Shown: one piece after another, positions 34,525 through 44,309 of the stretch
How the letters are laid out: every line of letters starts with the position of its first letter
Numbering within the stretch: position 1 is the stretch's first letter
Assembly (NCBI GenBank): GCA_937861125.1
Contig: CALMAY010000039.1
Coordinates: 1-53,211 of the forward strand
DNA length: 53,211 nt
Direction: 5' to 3'
Source: an uncultured bacterium
GTDB lineage: Bacteria; Patescibacteriota; Patescibacteriia; Magasanikbacterales; UBA922
Translations under genes and position numbers: made by a program
The notes under the pieces: model-generated
What the model saw: only the letters and a program-made list of their open reading frames with translations
Database searches by the model: none
Told to the model about the DNA's origin: nothing

Positions 34525-35931
34525 ATGAAAATTCTTTATATTGGTGCAGGTTTTGTCGGTACATGTAGTGCTGCGGTGGCAGCAGATAGTGGTCATCAAG
34601 TACTTGTATATGATGTGGATGAACAAAAAATAGCTCAATTAAATACATTTGGTAGAGATAATATTGAGGCGTGTTTATTTGAAAAAGGCCTAGGTGATCT
34701 GTTGGTTCGTAATCGTGAACGTATTGAGTTTGCAGCTGATTATGAAAAAGTAATTCGATATCTTGACTCAGTTAATGCTATCTTTCTGTGTCTTCCAACC
34801 CCTGAAATTGGGGAGACTGGAGAAAGCAATTTGTCGTATTATACACAAGCATTGAGTACGCTTGTGCCACATTTAAAGACTCGTTTGAGTGGTATGCAGT
34901 CCAATCATATTGTACTGATCAATAAAAGTACTGTACCCATAGAGATGGTAGATGTGACACAGTGTATGCTTGCGGAAGCTGGGGTGATCAATGTGGGCGT
35001 CGTTTCTAATCCAGAGTTTTTGGTTGAAGGAAGGGCGATTGAAGGATCGCTCAAACCTGATCGTATTGTGGTCGGAGCATGGACACAAAAAGATTTTGAG
35101 GTGATGCGGTCACTGTATCGTCGCTTTGTTGATGCACCAGATGTGCAGTATATTGAGGTCAATCCAAAAGAGGCAGCAGCTGGAAAATTGCTTGCTAATT
35201 TTATGCTGTTTAATAAGTTGGCACTTTGTTTTGATGTGGTGGGGCGTGTATCTGAATTATTTCCCAATATTCAATATGAACAATTACGCAAAATACTTGC
35301 AAGCGATGCACGTATTGGGTCATGGGGTCTCTATGATAGTCTCTATGCTGGGGGAAGTTGTTTTATCAAAGATGCCCGTTCTCTTTCGTTTCAACTTCGT
35401 GCTCAAGGAGTCGAACCAGCATTGGTAGATCAGGTTCATCTCTCCAACAAGAAACAATTGGAAAGGTTTTTGAATCGAATTATGGATGTGGCTGGACAAC
35501 AGGTCGATGGAAAAACTATTGCACTGCTTGGAACTGCATTTAAGCGTGACACAAATGATGTGCGCAATTCACCAAGTATTGATATCGTCCGATTTTTTGT
35601 GGCACGCGGTGTAGGAAAAATTTTTGTTCATGATCCTGTGGCAGTTGAAAACTTTTTGAACGTCTTTGCACATGAGTCAGAGATACTGTCTCACCTTGAA
35701 GTGGTTTCACATGAGTTTGAAGCGGCTAGACAAGCAGATATTGTGATTGTTAGTACAGATTGGCCACAGTTTCGTGGTTTAGCGGATATGTTAATATCTG
35801 AAACTTCACACAGACCAATTATTGCTGATGGCCGTCGTATGTTGCAGCATCGGTATGCAGATCTTTGTTCAGCTGGATATACTGTGGTTGCGGTGGGGAG
35901 TCCAAATTATACTATTTCAACTTTAATATAA
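34525..35931 (+). CDS. ugd: UDP-glucose 6-dehydrogenase family
   Basis: MKILYIGAGFVGTCSAAV (NAD-binding) and GGSCFIKD (catalytic Cys). Confidence 0.85.
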   Translation: MKILYIGAGFVGTCSAAVAADSGHQVLVYDVDEQKIAQLNTFGRDNIEACLFEKGLGDLLVRNRERIEFAADYEKVIRYLDSVNAIFLCLPTPEIGETGESNLSYYTQALSTLVPHLKTRLSGMQSNHIVLINKSTVPIEMVDVTQCMLAEAGVINVGVVSNPEFLVEGRAIEGSLKPDRIVVGAWTQKDFEVMRSLYRRFVDAPDVQYIEVNPKEAAAGKLLANFMLFNKLALCFDVVGRVSELFPNIQYEQLRKILASDARIGSWGLYDSLYAGGSCFIKDARSLSFQLRAQGVEPALVDQVHLSNKKQLERFLNRIMDVAGQQVDGKTIALLGTAFKRDTNDVRNSPSIDIVRFFVARGVGKIFVHDPVAVENFLNVFAHESEILSHLEVVSHEFEAARQADIVIVSTDWPQFRGLADMLISETSHRPIIADGRRMLQHRYADLCSAGYTVVAVGSPNYTISTLI

Positions 35932-35940
35932 TAGAAATAT

Positions 35941-37248
35941 ATGGTTACGTTTGAACAATTACAAAAAAAAGAAAAAACTATTGCGGTCGTTGGTTTGGGA
36001 TATGTTGGACTACCACTTGCAGTACACTTGGCCAAACATTTTTCTGTGATTGGGTTTGATGTGAATGCAACCCGCATTGCAGAACTTTCTGGGGGGTATG
36101 ATAAAACCTGTGAAGTTTCTGACGAAATGTTGCAAAACATATCAATGATATATACCACAGATCCTACTCGCCTTAGAGAAGCTGCGTGTATTATCGTTGC
36201 TGTTCCAACCCCTGTCAACGAAGATACAACACCAGATATGTCTATTGTAGAAAAAGCGTCTGTAACTGTAGGGTCTCATATGCAATCAGGGACAGTCGTC
36301 GTGTATGAGTCAACAGTGTATCCAGGTGCTACCGAAGAAATCTGCGTTCCTATTTTGGAGCAGCAGTCAGGTCTTCGATCAGGTGTTGATTTTTTTGTGG
36401 GATATTCTCCAGAGCGTATTAATCCTGGAGATAAAACCCATACAATTGATAAAGTAACAAAAATTGTTTCTGGGATGAATAAAGAGACGCTAGATATCGT
36501 TTCGGCGGTGTATGGCACAATTACACAGGTGCATCGTGCGTCGTCTATCCGTGTTGCTGAAGCTGCGAAAGTAATTGAAAACGCACAACGAGATATTAAT
36601 ATTGCATTCATGAATGAGTTAGCGCAAATTTTTTCTCGCATGGGAATCCCAACGTATGATGTGCTTGCTGCTGCACAGACAAAGTGGAATTTTCTTTCAT
36701 TTACTCCAGGTCTTGTTGGGGGGCACTGTATTGGAGTGGACCCGTATTATCTTACGTACAAGGCCAAACAAATTGGATATGAGTCCAAGGTAATACTCGC
36801 TGGACGTGAAATAAATGACACGATGCATCTGTTTTTTTTGGACAACTTATCTATACAGTTACGTATGTTGGATAAAGATGTTGCTGGCTCTTCTATAGCT
36901 CTGTTTGGCGCAACGTTTAAAGAAAATATTCCAGATGTTCGTAATTCTCGTATTATGATTTTCGCACAAGTATTGCAGCGTGCTGGTGCAAAAGTGTACG
37001 TATGTGATCCGCATGCGGATAGTACAGATGTGCTGCATGAGTATGGTATCGCTCTGACCAACCAGGAGGATATTCCACCAGTGGATGTGGTTTTGTTTGG
37101 TGTATCACATGATGTATATAGAGCAATGGCACCAGAATATTTGAAACGATACCAAAAAGATGGGGAAAAACTTTTGTGTATGGACATTAAAAATATACAC
37201 AGTAGACAATTGATGGAACAGTCTGGGTTTGTGTACTGGTCTCTATAG
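35941..37248 (+). CDS. UDP-N-acetylhexosamine 6-dehydrogenase (TviB/WbpO/WecC-like nucleotide-sugar dehydrogenase)
   Basis: IAVVGLGYVGLPLAVHLAKH and GGHCIGVDPYYL motifs. Confidence 0.85.
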   Translation: MVTFEQLQKKEKTIAVVGLGYVGLPLAVHLAKHFSVIGFDVNATRIAELSGGYDKTCEVSDEMLQNISMIYTTDPTRLREAACIIVAVPTPVNEDTTPDMSIVEKASVTVGSHMQSGTVVVYESTVYPGATEEICVPILEQQSGLRSGVDFFVGYSPERINPGDKTHTIDKVTKIVSGMNKETLDIVSAVYGTITQVHRASSIRVAEAAKVIENAQRDINIAFMNELAQIFSRMGIPTYDVLAAAQTKWNFLSFTPGLVGGHCIGVDPYYLTYKAKQIGYESKVILAGREINDTMHLFFLDNLSIQLRMLDKDVAGSSIALFGATFKENIPDVRNSRIMIFAQVLQRAGAKVYVCDPHADSTDVLHEYGIALTNQEDIPPVDVVLFGVSHDVYRAMAPEYLKRYQKDGEKLLCMDIKNIHSRQLMEQSGFVYWSL

Positions 37249-37310
37249 GAGGTTGAAGATTTTGTCTTTTTGTGGCATGATGAAGTATATACTGTAACAT
37301 ACTATTATTT

Positions 37311-38231
37311 ATGAAATATCTTATCACCGGTGGAGCTGGTTTTATTGGTACCAACCTTGCAAAGCAACTTCTGGCAGAGGGACACTCAGTGCGTGTGTTT
37401 GATAACTATTTTGGTGGTCGTATGCCAGAGCGTGTGCTAGATGGTGTCGACTATGTTGAGGGTGATATTCGCGATAAATCAGCACTTGATTCTGCAATGC
37501 TGGGGGTTGATGGTGTGTTTCATATGGCGGCATTGCCTCGTGTTATTTTTTCGATAGAGCATCCACTAGAAACACATGATGTAAATGTAAACGGGACGTT
37601 GAATGTACTGCTCTCTGCGAGAGATAATGGAGTGAAGCGGGTTGTGTTTTCTTCTTCATCATCTGCTTATGGTGATCAGCCACCGGAGTGCTATCCACTT
37701 AAAGAGGATGGACTGGTAAAGAAGCCATTGGCACCGTATGCACTGCATAAGTTTATTGGTGAGCATTATTGTCGTTTGTTTGCAGAGTTGTACGGGTTAG
37801 AAACCGTCTCTCTCGTTTATTACAATGTCTTTGGACCGCTGTGTGATCCAAATGGTGCATATGCGCTCGTGATTGGTAAATTTTTGCAGCAACGAAAAGA
37901 GGGAAAGCCAATGACAGTACGAGGTGATGGGGAGATGTATCGCGACTATACCCATGTCTCTGATGTCGCTCGTGCCAATATTTTGGCAATGACTAAAGAA
38001 ACTGTGGGGAAAGGGGAAACGATCAATATTGGTGCTGGTCATCCATACTCGGTCAATGATCTGACCAAGCTGATCGGTGGACCAACAGTAACAGTGGATG
38101 CTATGCCTGGTGAGATGAAGTATACGAAAGCAGATATTACCAAAGCGCGTGAGTTGCTTGGATGGGAACCAACTATCTCTGTTCCAGAAGGTATTGCTGC
38201 ATTAAAAAGAGAATGGGGATTAGAAGAATAA
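37311..38231 (+). CDS. NAD-dependent epimerase/dehydratase (SDR), likely a nucleotide-sugar 4-epimerase
   Basis: ITGGAGFIGTNL and YALHK (YxxxK). Adjacent to the HexNAc dehydrogenase, as in TviBC/WbpOP pairs. Confidence 0.75.
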   Translation: MKYLITGGAGFIGTNLAKQLLAEGHSVRVFDNYFGGRMPERVLDGVDYVEGDIRDKSALDSAMLGVDGVFHMAALPRVIFSIEHPLETHDVNVNGTLNVLLSARDNGVKRVVFSSSSSAYGDQPPECYPLKEDGLVKKPLAPYALHKFIGEHYCRLFAELYGLETVSLVYYNVFGPLCDPNGAYALVIGKFLQQRKEGKPMTVRGDGEMYRDYTHVSDVARANILAMTKETVGKGETINIGAGHPYSVNDLTKLIGGPTVTVDAMPGEMKYTKADITKARELLGWEPTISVPEGIAALKREWGLEE

Positions 38232-38256
38232 AAAAACAGCCAAAAGGCTGTTTTTT
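38231..38256. terminator. Bidirectional terminator between convergent genes
   Basis: aaaaaacagcc / aaaa / ggctgtttttt. Confidence 0.8.
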
Positions 38257-38260
38257 ATTC

Positions 38261-39649
38261 TTATTGCCCCATAGCTCTGAGTACTAGCCGAAATGTTTTA
38301 AGAATAATTGAAACATCCAAAAGGATAGATTTATTTTTGATATAGTAGAGGTCGTATTGAAGTTTTTCTAGGGATGTTTCAATGGTGTCTGTGTAGTTTT
38401 GGTGAAGTACTGCCCAGCCGGTGAGTCCTGGTTTGATCACGTGTCGGAGTGGGTAGTATGGCATAATTTTGGTGAGTTCTTCTACTATCTCAGGACGTTC
38501 TGGTCGTGGTCCAATAAGGGATATATCTCCACGGATGAGGTTGAGTGTTTGGGGAAGTTCGTCGATACGAAAGCGGCGTAATATTTTTCCAAATGGTGTG
38601 ATGCGAGTGTCGCCCCGTTTTGAAAATTCAAAACCGTGCTGTTCGGCACTACCATCTGGGGAGAGTGTATACATGGATCGAAATTTGTACAGAGTAAATG
38701 GAATACCATTCCTACCAATTCTTTTTTGAGTAAAAAATATTGGACCATGTGAGGTGAGTTTGATGCCAAGAGCGACAAAGGGTAAGAATATTACAGTGAT
38801 ACTGCCGATAATAATTGCGCCTAGTATATCAACACCACGTTGCCATTTTTGGTGTACGTATTGAGTAGATGTGCCAATGTGGCGCAAAAACCACCCTTCG
38901 GTAAACGCAGACGTCGGCAGGCTGCCAGTGATTTGTTCAAAGAGTGAGATGGAGTCAATAATTTTGACATCCCAAAATAAGAGTTGGTAGAGTTCTGCGG
39001 TAGTACTCGGATTTTTGAGCTCCTCAGGTGTGACGACGACCATACCCACCTCGTGGTTTGAGACAATACTTCGAATCTTGTGTGTCACATCGTATTGTTC
39101 TAGGGGTATGTGTGTGTCGACAGGTGTTTCTTGTGTGCAGTAGAGGGCGGACGGTCGTAGTCCATGCTGTGTCTGCGCTGTGAGAAGTGCTGCGATATGT
39201 GCTGTGTCAGCATTCCAACCAACAAACAAGATCGGTGTACTCAAACGATTGTGTGTATTGTATATGTGGGTGATATAGACGCGTAGTACATATGCACTGC
39301 TGTATCCAAGCGTTGCTGTGAGTATGAGGAGGGTTTTTGGCTGGATGGTACTTTCTTTGTATATATAAAAAAAGAGTACACCCACTACAATGGAGATAAA
39401 CCATGTCTCGATAGATCGTCGACTAAGTGGTGTATCTGAAGCAAAGCCACGGAAATCATAGAGTCCGTTGATATAGTTGGCGACAATCCAGAGAGTAAAA
39501 ATAGAGACAAACACACCATGTGCTAGATAGGTCTCAAGAGAGGGGATGGAGGTGGTGCGCACCGCAAGCGCGAGGTACAGTGATGTAGCAAACAACATGC
39601 TATCAGCGCTCAAAAGAAGGAGTTGTCTGATACGGTAGGGGGTATTCAT
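38261..39649 (-). CDS. Polyprenyl-phosphate glycosylphosphotransferase (WbaP/EpsB-type initiating sugar transferase)
   Basis: N-terminal TM segments plus C-terminal PIFFTQKRIGRNGIPFTLYKFRSM and DELPQTLNLIRGDISLIGPRP. Confidence 0.9.
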   Translation of the reverse strand: MNTPYRIRQLLLLSADSMLFATSLYLALAVRTTSIPSLETYLAHGVFVSIFTLWIVANYINGLYDFRGFASDTPLSRRSIETWFISIVVGVLFFYIYKESTIQPKTLLILTATLGYSSAYVLRVYITHIYNTHNRLSTPILFVGWNADTAHIAALLTAQTQHGLRPSALYCTQETPVDTHIPLEQYDVTHKIRSIVSNHEVGMVVVTPEELKNPSTTAELYQLLFWDVKIIDSISLFEQITGSLPTSAFTEGWFLRHIGTSTQYVHQKWQRGVDILGAIIIGSITVIFLPFVALGIKLTSHGPIFFTQKRIGRNGIPFTLYKFRSMYTLSPDGSAEQHGFEFSKRGDTRITPFGKILRRFRIDELPQTLNLIRGDISLIGPRPERPEIVEELTKIMPYYPLRHVIKPGLTGWAVLHQNYTDTIETSLEKLQYDLYYIKNKSILLDVSIILKTFRLVLRAMGQ

Positions 39650-39673
39650 ATCTTTGGTTTGGTATGCTATACT
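39645..39673 (+). promoter_or_regulatory. Candidate promoter TTCATA-N17-TGcTATACT
   Basis: Extended -10 at 39665-39673, about 40 nt upstream of the ATG at 39715. Confidence 0.35.
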
Positions 39674-39684
39674 AGATAAGGCCT

Positions 39685-39713
39685 AGTATAGAGTAAAATC
39701 TCATAAAAATCAA
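39685..39713 (-). promoter_or_regulatory. Candidate divergent promoter TTGATT-N17-TATACT
   Basis: Reverse complement of aatcaa (39708-39713) and agtata (39685-39690), with a 17-nt spacer. About 35 nt upstream of the ATG at 39649. Confidence 0.45.
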
Positions 39714-39714
39714 T

Positions 39715-41262
39715 ATGTTTCTTCGTTTTTTTTCAGCGTCAATATTTTTTGTTTTTTGTATCATTATAGCCTCTTTTTTTGTTTCATCTTCTGTATCTGC
39801 AGCAACTGTATCTGCGCAGGGCAAAGTGCGCATTGATGGAGGTAGATCAGTCACGTATGACCGTCGTGTGACATTGAGTATTGACCCGCCAGTTGGGGCA
39901 AAGCAGATGATGATTGATGATGACGCTGATTTTGCCGGTGCCAAATGGGAGTCAGTAAAAAAACGCAAATCAAATTGGTATCTCGATTACGGCGCACGTT
40001 CACAGTCGGTATTTGTACGATTTCGTTTTAAAAATGGTGATGTAACAAGATATATTTATGATACTATCACACTACGCCCAGCAACACCAAAAGTAACATT
40101 GTCACTAGATGAGGAGGTGGTAGAGGATCGATATGTTCGTGTTTCCTCGACCCTCTCCAATGGTATTGAAGGGTATCGATATGGAACAGTCAAAGATCTT
40201 TCAAAACTTTCTTTTGAACGGATCACTGATCGTGATGTCATTGATGTAATCGTGCCAGCTGGAGATGGCAAAAAGACGCTATATCTGGATTTTCAAGATT
40301 CCAGCGGACAAGTCATCCAGCGGACACTCGTATTGACACTCAAGCAAACAGGACGATCTATTGCAGAGGGGTCAGTGCTGTATGGACAGGACAAGAAATA
40401 TTATTATTTTGGATATGATGGGCGACTCCATATGTTCCCAAATGAGCAGGTGTATCGTTCTTGGTATCCTACAGATAAGGAGCTGGTCTCGGTTTCCAAG
40501 GGTAAGATAGAGGAGTATGCGCAAGGTGAGATGATGTGTGTACGACCAGGGACATATGTTGTGACCTTTGCAGGTTCCACCAAAGCATATCTTCCAGAAC
40601 CTGGTTGTCGTTTACGTCCTGTTCGTTCAGCTGTGGAGGCCTATGTACTTTACGGTGCCACATGGCGTTCTCGTGTACTTGAGCTTCCTTCTACCTATCT
40701 CCTACATTATGATGTAGTGACACTTGATGCGACTGATACCAAAGCGGGATTAAAAGATCGTGATAAAGATGGTGTTTCAGATGAGACTGAAGCTGATTAT
40801 GGTACGAGTGATCGTGATGATGATTCTGATAATGATGGACTCAGTGATTATGAAGAAATCGAATATTGGTTTAGTGACCCTATTCGCGCTGATTCGGACG
40901 GTGACGGATATCGTGATATGCAGGAAATTCTTAACGGATACAGTCCAATTGGCTCAGCGCCGTTGACTGAGGTACCTGAAGAGACATATACATATCCGTT
41001 GGGAAGTGTCATTCGCCCCAAGGTAACAACAAAAAAGAAGGTCTTGCCAATGTATTATGTACGTAGTGAGACAATGTTCAATTCTTTGGGAACAAAAACC
41101 ACTGCTGCTGCATTTGTCAATAATTATTTTCAAGATAGATTTATCGCTGAACCACCACTTTTGATGACGCTCCCAAAAACAAAGGGAGGGCTGACGTCCA
41201 AGGAAGACACTACTGTGACACAACCATATACACTTCGTAATGGTGTACTTGAGAAGTTGTAA
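39715..41262 (+). CDS. Secreted protein with thrombospondin type-3-like Asp-rich Ca-binding repeats
   Basis: Signal peptide (MFLRFFSASIFFVFCIIIASFFVSSSVSA). DRDKDGVSDETEADYGTSDRDDDSDNDGLSDYEEIEYWFSDPIRADSDGDGYRD. Confidence 0.6.
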   Translation: MFLRFFSASIFFVFCIIIASFFVSSSVSAATVSAQGKVRIDGGRSVTYDRRVTLSIDPPVGAKQMMIDDDADFAGAKWESVKKRKSNWYLDYGARSQSVFVRFRFKNGDVTRYIYDTITLRPATPKVTLSLDEEVVEDRYVRVSSTLSNGIEGYRYGTVKDLSKLSFERITDRDVIDVIVPAGDGKKTLYLDFQDSSGQVIQRTLVLTLKQTGRSIAEGSVLYGQDKKYYYFGYDGRLHMFPNEQVYRSWYPTDKELVSVSKGKIEEYAQGEMMCVRPGTYVVTFAGSTKAYLPEPGCRLRPVRSAVEAYVLYGATWRSRVLELPSTYLLHYDVVTLDATDTKAGLKDRDKDGVSDETEADYGTSDRDDDSDNDGLSDYEEIEYWFSDPIRADSDGDGYRDMQEILNGYSPIGSAPLTEVPEETYTYPLGSVIRPKVTTKKKVLPMYYVRSETMFNSLGTKTTAAAFVNNYFQDRFIAEPPLLMTLPKTKGGLTSKEDTTVTQPYTLRNGVLEKL

Positions 41263-41267
41263 TTTGT

Positions 41268-43262
41268 ATGCGTTTTTTTGTCCGTGTACTGAGTGTCGTG
41301 TGTTTTGTTTGGTGTATACCACAAATTGTTTTGGCTACTACATCAAATGATCCACTCGTCTCACAGTGGGCATTTGAAAAAACTAATGTATTTGGTGCGT
41401 GGGATATAGAAACTGGGTCTCGAGATGTGGTAGTCGCGGTGATTGATAATGGGTTTGATTCGCTCCATCCAGATATTCGTGGGAATGTGTGGCAAAATAC
41501 TGATGAAATTGCTAACAATAAAAAAGATGATGATAAGAATGGATATATTGATGATGTGTGGGGATGGAATTTTGTGGTTGAGGACGTAGACGGTGACGGT
41601 GCTATCTCTGCTGCAGAAAAAAAGGGGAACAATGACCCGCGTCCAAATGCGACGGGAGAAAACAGTGATGATCCTCGATCAGCAATTCACCATGGGACGG
41701 TTGTCGCAGGACTGATTGGTGCAACCGGAAACAATCAGCTCTATGGCAGTGGTGTGGTATGGCGTGTACGATTGATGAATGTCAAAGTGGCTACAAATGG
41801 TGGTACAGGCTCGCTTTCTGATTTACCACAAGGTATTTTGTATGCAGTGGATAATGGGGCAGATATTATCAATTTGAGTTTGGTTGGGTATACATATCCG
41901 GAGACTCTCATTGAAGCACTACGGTATGCCAAAGAAAGAGGTGTGCTTGTGGTGGCCGCTGCAGGGAATAATAGCGCCGATCTTGATACAGGGGAATTGG
42001 CCTATCCCGTTTGTGCTGATGGTGAAACGGATGAGCAGTTGGTACTGGGGGTGACTGCTGTTCGTGAAGATAGACGTTTGGCACGTTTTTCCAATGTTGG
42101 TGGTGGATGTATTGACATGGCGGCACCTGGGGTAGGAGTTTCAAGTACAATGCGTTTTTCACCTACCAATGGTTTTCGTGATGGGTATGGTGGGAATTGG
42201 AATGGAACGTCGTTTGCTGCACCACTCGTCAGTGGCGCAGCTGCTTTGATAAAGTCAGTAAATCCCCTGTTGAGTGTGGCGCAGATTAGGGAGATATTGC
42301 TGAGTACTACAAGTAAAACACCAACAACAGATGAAGTAATGTATAAAAAATTATTTGGTGCTGGTTTTTTGGATATTGCAGCGGCGGTTCGAAAATCACA
42401 AGATTTGCGCGTTGAAAAACAAGAAAGTGAGCGCGTGGTGATAGATCATTATGGTCGTGTGTATACACAACGAGATGACACGATAACATTTGTTACATCA
42501 TCTCCTCGTCTGAAAAAAGTTGATGATATCGCCATGTTTTCAAATGCAGAAGGGACGTGGTATGCAAGTGTGAAATGGGTGCGTCATCGTGCGGTTGTAT
42601 CATTGTTTTCTGATGATTGGACATTGATACGATCATTTAGTAAAACAGTGCCTGTTAAGCAGACTATTGCACTTGCAGATATGGATTATGATGGAGAAGT
42701 TGATATACTCTTGTCGCCACAGGATAGTGGTGATACTGTACTTGCACGTGTGTATACTCAGTATGGCGTATTGACACAAACGATTATGCCGCAGTCCGGT
42801 ACACTTCATAGTGGTGTTTCTGTCGTGGTACAGCGTGTGAATGATAAAAACGAACTGCATGTGTGGTATGTGGGGGATGATGGGGTCCATATTGATACGA
42901 TGAATGAAACGGGTGGATGGGTACAGACACGTCGTATTGAAACATCTGCAATGTCAAGTGAACTTTTGGTTGTTGGTTCACAGTTTTTGACTATAGCTAC
43001 TCCTGAACCGGACAAGACAATCATAACTGTGTACCATAGTGATGGTGGGGTACTCAAACAGACAACGCTACTGGGAAGTTTTGGTTCACCAGCGATTTCT
43101 GTGGGTGATGCAGTGACCACTGTCTCGTTGTTGTCTGCTACTACTGGGATAGTGCGTACTTACACATATCCGTCTTTGAAACGCAGCACTGAAGTTTTTG
43201 CAATAACACCGGACGCAATTAAGGGAAGATTAACACATATCCTCTTCGCACCAGCGCTATAG
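41268..43262 (+). CDS. S8 family (subtilisin-like) serine peptidase with a C-terminal FG-GAP-like domain
   Basis: Catalytic triad contexts VVVAVIDNGFD, HGTVVAGLIGA and GTSFAAPLVSGAAALI. N-terminal signal-like segment. Confidence 0.85.
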   Translation: MRFFVRVLSVVCFVWCIPQIVLATTSNDPLVSQWAFEKTNVFGAWDIETGSRDVVVAVIDNGFDSLHPDIRGNVWQNTDEIANNKKDDDKNGYIDDVWGWNFVVEDVDGDGAISAAEKKGNNDPRPNATGENSDDPRSAIHHGTVVAGLIGATGNNQLYGSGVVWRVRLMNVKVATNGGTGSLSDLPQGILYAVDNGADIINLSLVGYTYPETLIEALRYAKERGVLVVAAAGNNSADLDTGELAYPVCADGETDEQLVLGVTAVREDRRLARFSNVGGGCIDMAAPGVGVSSTMRFSPTNGFRDGYGGNWNGTSFAAPLVSGAAALIKSVNPLLSVAQIREILLSTTSKTPTTDEVMYKKLFGAGFLDIAAAVRKSQDLRVEKQESERVVIDHYGRVYTQRDDTITFVTSSPRLKKVDDIAMFSNAEGTWYASVKWVRHRAVVSLFSDDWTLIRSFSKTVPVKQTIALADMDYDGEVDILLSPQDSGDTVLARVYTQYGVLTQTIMPQSGTLHSGVSVVVQRVNDKNELHVWYVGDDGVHIDTMNETGGWVQTRRIETSAMSSELLVVGSQFLTIATPEPDKTIITVYHSDGGVLKQTTLLGSFGSPAISVGDAVTTVSLLSATTGIVRTYTYPSLKRSTEVFAITPDAIKGRLTHILFAPAL

Positions 43263-43283
43263 GTGTGTTATACTAACAATACT

Positions 43284-44306
43284 ATGCCAAATCAAACACC
43301 AATTTTTGAACGAAAAAATGTCCTGGTCACTGGGGGTGCAGGTTTTGTTGGTTCTCATTTGTGTGAACGACTGCTTCGTGAGGCCAATGTTATTTGTCTA
43401 GATGATTTTTCTAATTCCTCTATTGCAAATATTGAACATCTACTCCAATACCCAAATTTTGAATTTATCAAGGCTGATATTTCCAAACCAATTGATTTGT
43501 CCATGTATATTGAGTTGGAAAAATTTAAACTGCGTTTTCAAGGCGTTCAAGAGATTTATCATCTCGCTTGTCCGACGAGTCCAAAGAATTTTGAGCAGGT
43601 AAAAATTCAATCTTTGCATGCCAATAGTACGGGTATGATTCACACGCTTGAGCTAGCAAAACAGTATCGTGCCAAGTATGTGTTTGCCTCTAGCTCGGTC
43701 GTGTATGGTCCGCCAGCAGAAGGTCGTAATTTTTTTGCTGAAACAGATGTAGGGATACTTGAACATCTTTCTCCGCGAGCTTGTTATGATGAAGGGAAAC
43801 GATTTGCTGAAACGTGCGTTTATACATATAAAGATGTCTATGGATTGGACGCCAAAATTGCGCGTATTTTTACCACCTTTGGTCCACGGATGCGATTGCG
43901 TGATGGATTACTTGTGCCTGATTTTATTTTGGATGCACTCGAGGGCAAGGATTTGGTGATTTATGGTGATGAGCAGCTATCACAATCGCTATGTTATATC
44001 TCGGACTTGGTGGATGGTTTGGTTCGTCTGATGCATGCAGAACCTCAGATTTCTGTCGTCAACTTTGGATCAGATACGATGGTCAAGATGGTGGATGTGG
44101 CGCAAATGATTATTGATATGACTGGTTCAAGCTCTCAAATTGTCTTTGATAATCCACTACTCTTTTTGACCAAAAAAGGTGTGCCTGATTTGCGTCGGGC
44201 AAAGAATGAATTAGCGTGGTTGCCACTGGTCCGTATTGAGGAGGGGTTGCAAAAAACGATTGATTATACTGTGGCAAATAAAGAGGCGATTCGACTTCAG
44301 AGATAA
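43284..44306 (+). CDS. uxs: UDP-glucuronate decarboxylase (UDP-xylose synthase)
   Basis: VLVTGGAGFVGSHLCERLL, YDEGKRFAETCVYTY and IARIFTTFGPRM motifs. Confidence 0.85.
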   Translation: MPNQTPIFERKNVLVTGGAGFVGSHLCERLLREANVICLDDFSNSSIANIEHLLQYPNFEFIKADISKPIDLSMYIELEKFKLRFQGVQEIYHLACPTSPKNFEQVKIQSLHANSTGMIHTLELAKQYRAKYVFASSSVVYGPPAEGRNFFAETDVGILEHLSPRACYDEGKRFAETCVYTYKDVYGLDAKIARIFTTFGPRMRLRDGLLVPDFILDALEGKDLVIYGDEQLSQSLCYISDLVDGLVRLMHAEPQISVVNFGSDTMVKMVDVAQMIIDMTGSSSQIVFDNPLLFLTKKGVPDLRRAKNELAWLPLVRIEEGLQKTIDYTVANKEAIRLQR

Positions 44307-44309
44307 TGT

